Source of the DNA: an uncultured Clostridium sp.
Lineage (GTDB): Bacteria > Bacillota > Clostridia > TANB77 > CAG-508
Direction: 5' to 3'
Length of the DNA stretch: 64,000 bases
Assembly (NCBI GenBank): GCA_947570695.1
Contig: CANOVB010000004.1
Span: 97,092 to 161,091, forward strand
The notes beneath the pieces were generated by a model. That model was not told where the DNA came from, made no database searches, and saw nothing but the letters and a program-made list of their open reading frames with translations. Shown piece after piece: positions 1 through 8,329 of the stretch (positions are counted from its first letter, which is position 1; the number at the start of each line of letters is the position of its first letter). Made by a program: the position numbers and the translations under genes.

Positions 1-71
1 TGCTTTTTTTCTTATCTTTAGTTTGGTTATTTTTTATGTTTTTATCAGCTTTCATTTTTTCAATTTCCTTT

Positions 72-977
72 CTAAATAATTGCATCTAAAAATTCTTCTG
101 AGTTAAATATTTGCATATCATCTATTTGTTCTCCAACACCTATAAATTTAATTGGAATTTGATTTTCCGCTACTATTCCTAAAACTACTCCACCTTTAGC
201 TGTTCCATCAAGTTTTGTAAGAACTAAACCTGTTATATCTGTAGTTTCTTTAAATGCTTTTACCTGAGAAATAGCATTTTGACCTGTTTCTGCATCTAGC
301 ACCAATAAAACTTCTTTGCTTGCTTCTTGCATTTCTTTTTCCACTACTTTTTTTATTTTAAAAAGCTCGTCCATTAAATATTTCTTATTGTGAAGTCTTC
401 CGGCAGTATCTATAATTAATACATCTGCATCTATTTCTTTAGTTTTTGTAATAGCTTCAAAAACTACTGATGCAGGATCTGCTCCTTCTTCTTTTTTTAC
501 TATTACACTTCCTGATCTACTTGCCCAAATTTCAAGTTGTTCTACTGCAGCCGCTCTAAAAGTATCAGCCGCTGCAACAACCACTTTTTTTCCTTCTTTT
601 ACCAAATTATTAGCAATCTTTCCTATTGAGGTGGTTTTTCCAACTCCATTTACTCCAACTACTAATATTACTGATGGTTTTGTTTCTAAATTTAATTTAG
701 GATCTGCAATATCTAGTATGTTTTTCATAATATCTTTTAAAGCCATTTTTACTTGCTCTTCATCTTCTATTTTTTCTTTTTTTATTCTATTTCTTAATTC
801 ATCAATGATTTTTACAGAAGTTTCCATTCCAATATCAGACATTACTAAAACTTCTTCTAATTCTTCTAAAAGCTCTTCATCAACTTTTCTAAAAACGCTG
901 AATACATTATTGATTTTTTCATCAATAGAGTTTTTGGTTTTTCCTAATCCTTGTTTTAATTTATCAAAAAAGCCCAT
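72..977 (-). CDS. ftsY: Signal recognition particle receptor FtsY
   Basis: 301-aa ORF. SRP-GTPase P-loop GVNGVGKTTSIGK and DTAGR motifs. N/G-domain layout typical of short Firmicute FtsY. TAG stop at 72-74. Confidence 0.9.
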   Translation of the reverse strand: MGFFDKLKQGLGKTKNSIDEKINNVFSVFRKVDEELLEELEEVLVMSDIGMETSVKIIDELRNRIKKEKIEDEEQVKMALKDIMKNILDIADPKLNLETKPSVILVVGVNGVGKTTSIGKIANNLVKEGKKVVVAAADTFRAAAVEQLEIWASRSGSVIVKKEEGADPASVVFEAITKTKEIDADVLIIDTAGRLHNKKYLMDELFKIKKVVEKEMQEASKEVLLVLDAETGQNAISQVKAFKETTDITGLVLTKLDGTAKGGVVLGIVAENQIPIKFIGVGEQIDDMQIFNSEEFLDAII

Positions 978-1090
978 AACTCCTCCTTTTATTTTATACT
1001 CTTATCTTATATCATTAAAATGCCAAAAAATCAATACTATTCTAGCAATTTTAAGCTTATACTTATATCAGTTTTTAAGACTTTAAGTAT

Positions 1091-4000
1091 TTAGTTTTCT
1101 GGTACATTATCGTTATGTAAAACTAATTCTTGTCCTAATTCAGTTCTTACATTACTATTATTTGCTATTTGTTCTACAACTGATCTTCTAGCTATTTCAA
1201 GGACCTTTTTTTCGGCTGTTTCTGATTTTACTGCATTCTTAAATCTTTCTACTAACCCTCTATATTCTTTTGGAACTTCTTCTAAAGTCTTTCCAGCATA
1301 TTCACTAATAACTTTTCTTTCTTTACTATTTTTCCATCTTGCACGTAATCTACATTCTTCTTTTTCAGATTCACTCATTTCTGATACCAAAATCTTTCTT
1401 CCTTCTCTATAAATTACAAGTCTTGGCATCTGCCCATTATGACTTTCTAACCACTCTAGCATTTCTTCTTCTAAAGTTTTTTTCTGAAGTCCTAATCCGC
1501 GGGCTCTTAATTCTTTTATTTTTTCTCTGTATTCTTCTGGCACATCTTCTATTGGTTTACCTATATATTCTATAAGTATTTTATTTTCTCTACTCTCTCT
1601 CCATCTAGAATATAAATTTAATTCACGCTGCTCTTCTTCAGTCATATCCTCTCTTTTAGTTATAACAACACCATTTCTGCCTAAAGAACCTCTTGGCATT
1701 TGATTATACCTATCTAACCATTCTATTACTTCTTGATAAGTGCTATTTTCCTTTTTTACTAGTCCTAAAAGTTCTGATTCTCTTTTTTGGCTTTCTGTTA
1801 TTGCTGATGTACCCGTTCCCCTATAAGCTCTTCTAAGCTTTGTACAATTACTACCAAATTCAAAATTAGAATCTAAATTATATTTAGAAATTATTTCATC
1901 AAGACCTTGTATTTGATCTGATAACTCACTTAAAAGAAAATAATGAAATTTTCCATTATCTTGTTTTTTTCCAAGTTCTATTTTTTCTAAATTTACTCCT
2001 TCTGCATTTAATATTCTAGCAACTCGTAAAGTTCTTTCTACAACTGTTATATTTTTTTCTAATTTTACCAATCTTAAACTCTCAGCTTCTCTTTTTTCAC
2101 TTTCTGTTATTTTATTTTTTCTTGTTCCGTTATATGTTGCCCTTAATACTATAACTCCTCTTCCATATTCAAATCTAGGATCTAAATCATTTTCTTCTAT
2201 TATTTTATTAATATCTATCCCTTCTTGCTGAATTTCACTTAAACATATTGGTCTTGTTTTTCCATCAATTCCTCTATTTAATGAAATTATACTTAAATCT
2301 ACTCCTGCTCTATGTAATATTCTTGCTACTTTTAATGTTTTAGCTATTACACTTTTTTCTGGGTCTGGATTTACAATACCAAATTTTTCCGCATCTTTTC
2401 TTGAGCTTTCTGTTATTCTAAGATTAGAAGTTCCATTATAAGCATCTCTAACTTTTCTAATTCCTAGTCCAAATTCAAAATTTGGATCTAAATTATTTTC
2501 AGCTATTATTTTTTCTATATTAACATCACCACTATACGGAATTTCTGACAGTAAGTAATAATAGTTTTTATTATTTTCATCTCTTTTACAAGTTTGAACT
2601 TTTGACAAATCTACACCATTTTCATATAAAACTCTAGCAACTTTTAAAACATTTTCAACTACTCCTCCTCTTGATCTTTCCAGTCTAACTTCATTTTCAA
2701 GTTCTGTTAACATTCTTAATTTTCCTGTTAATTTAAACACATCAATATTGGTTAATTCTTCTAAAGAAATACTTTTTCCATTCTCATCTATTTTATCTGG
2801 TAAGATTAAATTCCATAAATCAAATTCTTCTCCTAAAGCAATAATTTCTTCTATTCGTTTTTTTTCACTTTCTTCTAGCACATCAAAGCTTTCATATAAA
2901 TATTTTTTATATTTTGCTTGTATTCTTTTTAAAGTTATTGCTTTTCTAACTTCTTCTTTACCAGTACTATTAATATCAGGCAAATATCCATTATGATATT
3001 CAACCCAATCCCTTATATCTCTAAGCATTTCTATATCATCAAGTTTTGAATAAGTATTTACCTCATTATATAAATTTACCATCATTAAATTATTTGGAAA
3101 ATCTATTATTATAGGAATTTCATCTTCTGGTAAAGGATGATTTTCATCTACAGCTACTATACATCTACCCATTTGTTGTTGAAGAAGTATTGCAGAATCC
3201 CTGTCTAATGCTCTAAGCCATATAATTCCATTTACGCCTTTTACATGAACTCCTTCATTTAATTTATTCATTACTAACATAAATTTTATGTTATCAGTTT
3301 TAGAATTTTCAAATCCATGTAATTCATTCAAATTCCTTTTATTAGAATAACTTCCAAACATTGAATAAAATTCTAGTCCTTCATTACCTAACCACTTCGC
3401 TAATTGGTCTTTTATTTTTTTACATCTAAAATCAGTACTTACTTTTTTTCCTTTTTTTAAATTAACTTCATCTTCATCGCCATATAAACTACTAGTAGAT
3501 ACTGGCATAAAAACAATATATCTTCTACCTTTTTTTAAGCTTTCTTGTAATATCTCAGATATTCCAGAAGCATTATCAATTTCACGTCTTAAAGCATTAT
3601 ATTTTCTTAAGCTTCTATTTCTTGCTTCTTCATCATCAATTTGTGATATTTCTCCTAAAAGTTCTGTAAAACGGCTATTATATTTTAATGTATATTCACA
3701 AGATACTGTTTTTAAATTGATTACAATACCATTTCTTATAGCATCTATTAAATCCATTTTTATAGCAATATGTTTGCCTTCTCTTATTTCTTCTTCAGTA
3801 TATCCTAATTTTAAAGCAACCTCATCTGCCATGTTCCTTTTCTGATTTTTAGAAGCATCTTTTTCTCTATCTCTAACTGGTGTTGCAGTTATACCAATAA
3901 TCTTTGTATTTTCTTCTTGTGAACTCAATAAAGTATCAGCATTTTTTCCCCAATTTTCTGCTCCTATTCTATGTAATTCATCTAAAAAAATCAAATCATA

Positions 4001-6130
4001 TTTAGCATTTTTTAATTCCTCAGTGCCCTTTCCTTTTAGTCCCGCATAAGTTGCTAATTCTAAATTTGGGAAATGTTCTTTGACAATTTCTGCATTTGTT
4101 TTTCCCAAAGAGCCTTTTCTTCCTATAACATATTCTACTAAATAATCCTGCATTTGTTGTAATATTTCGCGTGAAGGAGCTAAACATAATATTTTTTTTC
4201 CTGAATACTTTGGCTTTAGCATTTCTGCAATTTCTACAAAAGTTTTTCCTGCTCCCGTTGGTAATATTACTGAAGCAAATTTTTTATTTTCAAGTATTTT
4301 GTCTAAATTATCTACTGCTCTTTGTTGATATTCTTTTAAAACAATAGATGTTCCTTCAATTCTATAAAATTCCAAATAATTTTCAACTTGCTCAATAGAT
4401 ATATTTTTTGTTAACTCTTTAACATTATCTAAAATAGCTTTTTCAAAATTTTCTAATCTTAAAACTTCTTCAAATCTACTATTTATACACAAGTTAAGTA
4501 AAATTATAGGAAGCTTGCTTTCTTCAATCCCCATTGTTTTTAGTTTTTTATAAGCTTCAGGCAAATTTTGTTTTGCTAATTTTTCTACAAATAATTCTTT
4601 TTGTTCTGGTGTAAAAACTATTCCAATTCTATCCCAATCATAAGAAGATACTAGTGCATTTGCATAATAAGAATTTTCATCTTCTTTTTCTCTAGATTCT
4701 CCAAAATGTTCTACTATTCTACTCTTTATTCCATCTTCTAAAATAGTTCTTCTTAAAGCTGTTAAATCTAATTTTTCTATTTCTGAAATTAAATTTCGTT
4801 CTGAATCAGTAAGAAAAATTCCAACAGACTCGCTTATTCTATAATTGTTTTCTAAAACTCTACTCATAATTTCAGGTTCTATTTCATAAGTAGTAGTTTG
4901 CAATCTTTTTATTATATCTTCATATTCAGGATTTTCACCCAAAATTTTGTGCAAATTTCGTGCAAGTTCATTTGCTCTTAATTTTGATTTTAAAATATAG
5001 TAATTTTTTTTCAAGTGTTCAGCAAATTCTGCATATGGTATCTGTCCATTTGTTAATCTATACACTTCATCTACTGGTACTTCTTTAAATTCTGGAATAC
5101 TTTCTAGACTTTCTAAATTAATTCTAGTTTGTCCATTTGTAAAAATTAATTCCTCCCCATTTTCTTCAAATGTATAACCTTGAATTACTAAATTTATAAT
5201 TTTTCCTTCCATATTTGATATTTTTTGTATATCTTCTTCTGAAAAGCTTTTTTCTTTTAATTGTTGCATCATTGATAACATATCCATCAATGTGCTTGAT
5301 ATTTTAGTAATTTGTTCCCCAGGAATATCTCCATAATGAATTATCTCACTAGAAGAAAATGCATTTCCAACTGATGCTAATAATTGAGAACTTGTTCTCG
5401 TATGTGGAATTAATGGTGCTAATCTATTATAATGCTCTAAAACAGTTAATTTTCCTATTAATCTATTTTTTTCTAATACTTGTGCATCACTTAAAGAGCT
5501 ATATCTTTTAAATCTTTTTGATATTGCTTGAAGTCTATCACTACTAACTTTTTTTCCTCTAAAAGTTCTTTCTTTTTCTGAGCTTAATTTATATAGTCCT
5601 GTAACTATATCTGTTATTTCCTCAGAAGAACTTGCCCTATCTAAACTAGAAAGCACAGATAAAATATCAGCTAGACCCCACTTTTTTAATGTATCTATTT
5701 CTCTTTCAACTATTTTTTCTATCTCTTCTAACATATAACTACCTGCATTATATGTTAAATTTCCAAATTCTTTTTTAGGAATTCTAATAAGTACATATTG
5801 ATCTTTGTATGAACCTCTTCCATAACAAATAGATATACTTGGATTACTTGATAAAGATATACAGTTTGTATCTTTTCTATAATGAATTTTTATATGATCA
5901 TGTAATTCCTGAAGACTTACTTTAGAAACTGATGTATACCTTGGAGAGCTTTCTATATCTGGGTTTTGTTCCCATCTTTCTCTATCTGTTCTTATTCTAT
6001 TATATATTCCATCTTTTCCTGCTATTTCTTTTTCTAAATCTTCTATATCTGCTAAATTTAGTGCTCTAAAAAAGTAATAATTTTCTTCATCTTGTATTAT
6101 ATTAAAATTATCTATATTAAATTCTTTCAT
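1091..6130 (-). CDS. Large SF2 helicase (DExH-type core). About 600-aa uncharacterised N-terminal region; C-terminal tandem helicase-associated (HA)-type repeats.
   Basis: 1679-aa uninterrupted ORF. Walker A ILPTGAGKTF and DExH-like LIFLDELHRIG. C-terminal 526 aa consist of three ~100-aa repeats (…LKVARxLxxxGVDLSKI…NLDxxFEFG…AYxGT…ITES…) followed by two W-rich HA-like repeats (EWLxxxNGQMPR…). Confidence 0.7.
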   Translation of the reverse strand: MKEFNIDNFNIIQDEENYYFFRALNLADIEDLEKEIAGKDGIYNRIRTDRERWEQNPDIESSPRYTSVSKVSLQELHDHIKIHYRKDTNCISLSSNPSISICYGRGSYKDQYVLIRIPKKEFGNLTYNAGSYMLEEIEKIVEREIDTLKKWGLADILSVLSSLDRASSSEEITDIVTGLYKLSSEKERTFRGKKVSSDRLQAISKRFKRYSSLSDAQVLEKNRLIGKLTVLEHYNRLAPLIPHTRTSSQLLASVGNAFSSSEIIHYGDIPGEQITKISSTLMDMLSMMQQLKEKSFSEEDIQKISNMEGKIINLVIQGYTFEENGEELIFTNGQTRINLESLESIPEFKEVPVDEVYRLTNGQIPYAEFAEHLKKNYYILKSKLRANELARNLHKILGENPEYEDIIKRLQTTTYEIEPEIMSRVLENNYRISESVGIFLTDSERNLISEIEKLDLTALRRTILEDGIKSRIVEHFGESREKEDENSYYANALVSSYDWDRIGIVFTPEQKELFVEKLAKQNLPEAYKKLKTMGIEESKLPIILLNLCINSRFEEVLRLENFEKAILDNVKELTKNISIEQVENYLEFYRIEGTSIVLKEYQQRAVDNLDKILENKKFASVILPTGAGKTFVEIAEMLKPKYSGKKILCLAPSREILQQMQDYLVEYVIGRKGSLGKTNAEIVKEHFPNLELATYAGLKGKGTEELKNAKYDLIFLDELHRIGAENWGKNADTLLSSQEENTKIIGITATPVRDREKDASKNQKRNMADEVALKLGYTEEEIREGKHIAIKMDLIDAIRNGIVINLKTVSCEYTLKYNSRFTELLGEISQIDDEEARNRSLRKYNALRREIDNASGISEILQESLKKGRRYIVFMPVSTSSLYGDEDEVNLKKGKKVSTDFRCKKIKDQLAKWLGNEGLEFYSMFGSYSNKRNLNELHGFENSKTDNIKFMLVMNKLNEGVHVKGVNGIIWLRALDRDSAILLQQQMGRCIVAVDENHPLPEDEIPIIIDFPNNLMMVNLYNEVNTYSKLDDIEMLRDIRDWVEYHNGYLPDINSTGKEEVRKAITLKRIQAKYKKYLYESFDVLEESEKKRIEEIIALGEEFDLWNLILPDKIDENGKSISLEELTNIDVFKLTGKLRMLTELENEVRLERSRGGVVENVLKVARVLYENGVDLSKVQTCKRDENNKNYYYLLSEIPYSGDVNIEKIIAENNLDPNFEFGLGIRKVRDAYNGTSNLRITESSRKDAEKFGIVNPDPEKSVIAKTLKVARILHRAGVDLSIISLNRGIDGKTRPICLSEIQQEGIDINKIIEENDLDPRFEYGRGVIVLRATYNGTRKNKITESEKREAESLRLVKLEKNITVVERTLRVARILNAEGVNLEKIELGKKQDNGKFHYFLLSELSDQIQGLDEIISKYNLDSNFEFGSNCTKLRRAYRGTGTSAITESQKRESELLGLVKKENSTYQEVIEWLDRYNQMPRGSLGRNGVVITKREDMTEEEQRELNLYSRWRESRENKILIEYIGKPIEDVPEEYREKIKELRARGLGLQKKTLEEEMLEWLESHNGQMPRLVIYREGRKILVSEMSESEKEECRLRARWKNSKERKVISEYAGKTLEEVPKEYRGLVERFKNAVKSETAEKKVLEIARRSVVEQIANNSNVRTELGQELVLHNDNVPEN
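1766..2671 (-). repeat. Three tandem ~300-nt (~100-aa) intragenic repeats in the helicase C-terminal region. Two further, more divergent HA-type repeats lie at 1094-1765.
   Basis: Protein-level self-similarity read from the translation; coordinates back-calculated from residue positions 1154-1455. Confidence 0.6.
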
Positions 6131-6195
6131 CTCAATTTTCCTTCATTATTAATTTTTAGCGTTCCTTTATTTTAACATTTTTTGCATAAAAAAGT

Positions 6196-6228
6196 AAATA
6201 GGCTACTTAAAAAAGTAGCCTTTATTTT
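6196..6228 (-). terminator. Rho-independent terminator downstream of asnB (palindromic, could act bidirectionally)
   Basis: 9-bp stem AGGCTACTT/AAGTAGCCT with AAAA loop, T/A-rich on both sides. Sits 9 nt beyond the asnB stop. Confidence 0.5.
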
Positions 6229-6236
6229 AATTAATT

Positions 6237-8084
6237 TTATAGTTCAATTCTTGGATTATATTTTTCAAGCCACATATTTACTTGAATTAAATATGCCATA
6301 AGTTGTGGCCCTGTCATAAGCTGACCAAACCAAGGTCTTGAGAAGGCTTTACCTTCTGTTTCAATTATTTCTAAAATATATTTTCTATTTAATAATCTAT
6401 TAATTGGTGCATCTATATTTTGCATAATTTTAGATAACTTTTCTTTAACAATTTTTGTATAACTTGGATTATGAGTTTTTGGATACGGGCTTTTCTTCCT
6501 ATATATAATTTCTTCTGGTAATTCTCCCTCCATACAATATCTTAATAAACCTTTTTCTCTGCCTTTATATGCCTTCATCTCCCAAGGAATATTCCATGCA
6601 TATTCAACAATTCTATAATCACAAAATGGAACTCTTACTTCAAATCCGTTAAACATACACATTCTGTCTGTTCTATCTAAAAGAGTTTGCATAAACCAAT
6701 TTGAAGTTAAATATATAAGTTTTCTGTGCAATTTATTGTCTTGTGTATCTGTATTTAAAAATTCTACTTTTGACAAAGACTTCTCATATTTTTCTGATAC
6801 ATATTCTTTTAAATTTATTTTACTTGATATATTTTCATGTAAAAGTTTTTGTCTTTCATCTAATGCTATAGACCATGGAAAAGTATTACTATTTAAAGTG
6901 TCTTCTCTAAAATACCAAGGATATCCTCCAAAAATTTCATCTGAGCATTCTCCTGAAAGTGCAACTTTTATATCTTTTTTTACGTTTTTAAAAAATAACA
7001 AATATGATGAATCAACATCTGCCATTCCTGGGAAATCTCTTGCTATCATTGCATCTTCTAAGCTGTCAAATAATTCTGGAGTATCTAATACTATTTTTTT
7101 ATGATTTGTATCTAAATAGTTTACCATTAAATCAATATAGTAATTATCTGTATTTGGTTGAAAATCATTTTTTACAAAATTTTTCTCTTGATCTACATAA
7201 TCAACAGAAAAAGTATCTAATTTTTTTCCATATTTTCTTTTATAATAATCACTTGCATATTTAGTTATTATACTAGAATCTAAGCCCCCTGAAAGTAAAG
7301 TTCCTATTGGTACATCAGAAACTAATTGTCTTTCTATTGAATCTTTTATTAAAAATCTTAATTTTTCACAAGTTTGTTTTAAGTTATCTGTATGCTCTTT
7401 TGTTTCTATTTTCCAGAATTCTTCTTTTCTAAAGCAATTTTTATTATATACAATAAAATGTGCTGGTTCTAATTCTTCTATTCCTTTAAACGGCGATATT
7501 CCTTGAGTATGCCCTGGTCCTAAGCCAAAAAGTTCTGAAATTCCTGTCTTATCTATTATTGCTTTACTAGCAGGATGTGCAAGTATTGCTTTTACTTCTG
7601 ATGCAAATATTAAGTTTTCACCAGCAAAAGAATAATATAATGGTTTTATTCCAAAATGGTCTCTTGCTAAAAATAGTTCTTCTTTTTTACTATTCCAAAT
7701 TGCTAAAGCAAATATTCCATTTAAATGTTTACATACATCTTTACCATAAAAAACATATGCTTTTAAAATAACTTCTGTATCTGAATGACCTTCAAACTTG
7801 AAGCCATTATCTTTTAAGATTTGTCTTAATTCTTCTGTATTATAAATTTGACCATTATATACTATTGTATATGTAACCTCATCTAATTTATAACTCATTG
7901 GTTGTTTTCCATTTTCAATATCTATAATACTTAATCTTTTGTGAGCTAAATTCACATGTTTTTCGCAAAATATTCCATCTTCATCTGGACCTCTTCTTGA
8001 AATTTCCCTTGACATATTTCTAATTACAGATTTCTGATCAGATATATTTTCTCTGTAATTTACAATTCCAACAATTCCACACAT
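6237..8084 (-). CDS. asnB: Asparagine synthetase B (glutamine-hydrolysing)
   Basis: 615 aa. N-terminal MCGIVGIV Ntn-amidotransferase nucleophile. SGGLDSS PP-loop ATP pyrophosphatase motif. Confidence 0.9.
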   Translation of the reverse strand: MCGIVGIVNYRENISDQKSVIRNMSREISRRGPDEDGIFCEKHVNLAHKRLSIIDIENGKQPMSYKLDEVTYTIVYNGQIYNTEELRQILKDNGFKFEGHSDTEVILKAYVFYGKDVCKHLNGIFALAIWNSKKEELFLARDHFGIKPLYYSFAGENLIFASEVKAILAHPASKAIIDKTGISELFGLGPGHTQGISPFKGIEELEPAHFIVYNKNCFRKEEFWKIETKEHTDNLKQTCEKLRFLIKDSIERQLVSDVPIGTLLSGGLDSSIITKYASDYYKRKYGKKLDTFSVDYVDQEKNFVKNDFQPNTDNYYIDLMVNYLDTNHKKIVLDTPELFDSLEDAMIARDFPGMADVDSSYLLFFKNVKKDIKVALSGECSDEIFGGYPWYFREDTLNSNTFPWSIALDERQKLLHENISSKINLKEYVSEKYEKSLSKVEFLNTDTQDNKLHRKLIYLTSNWFMQTLLDRTDRMCMFNGFEVRVPFCDYRIVEYAWNIPWEMKAYKGREKGLLRYCMEGELPEEIIYRKKSPYPKTHNPSYTKIVKEKLSKIMQNIDAPINRLLNRKYILEIIETEGKAFSRPWFGQLMTGPQLMAYLIQVNMWLEKYNPRIEL

Positions 8085-8329
8085 AAAAAATCTCCTTACA
8101 TAAAATAAATTTCATTATATTTTATGTAGTATTTAAAATAAGTGATACAATTATGTATAAATTGAAAATATGATAAAATAAATTTATTAAACTCATAAAA
8201 AAGTAATTATATATATTATCCCTTGTTCTTTGCTGGTCGGTTGTGCTTTGCACAATCCTCCCAAGGCTGCGCATCACTGCGTTCTAATATATATAATTAC
8301 TTTTTATTGTTTGTTTTTTAATATCTAAT

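Noticed and set aside
1-55. Possible 5' end of a further minus-strand gene (ATG at 55-53, MKADKNIKNNQTKDKKKS…) running off the window start
   Set aside because: Only 18 codons are visible. Too short to call, although the position downstream of ftsY would suit a ylxM/ffh-type gene.
631-1086. Plus-strand ORFs antisense to annotated genes (for example 631-1086, 1339-1575, 22613-23119, 26115-26603, 28525-28863, 39985-40434, 47254-47848 and many others in the track)
   Set aside because: They lie entirely within longer, motif-bearing ORFs on the opposite strand. They have Leu/Ser/Phe-rich low-complexity translations typical of shadow frames in AT-rich DNA. No RBS was seen.
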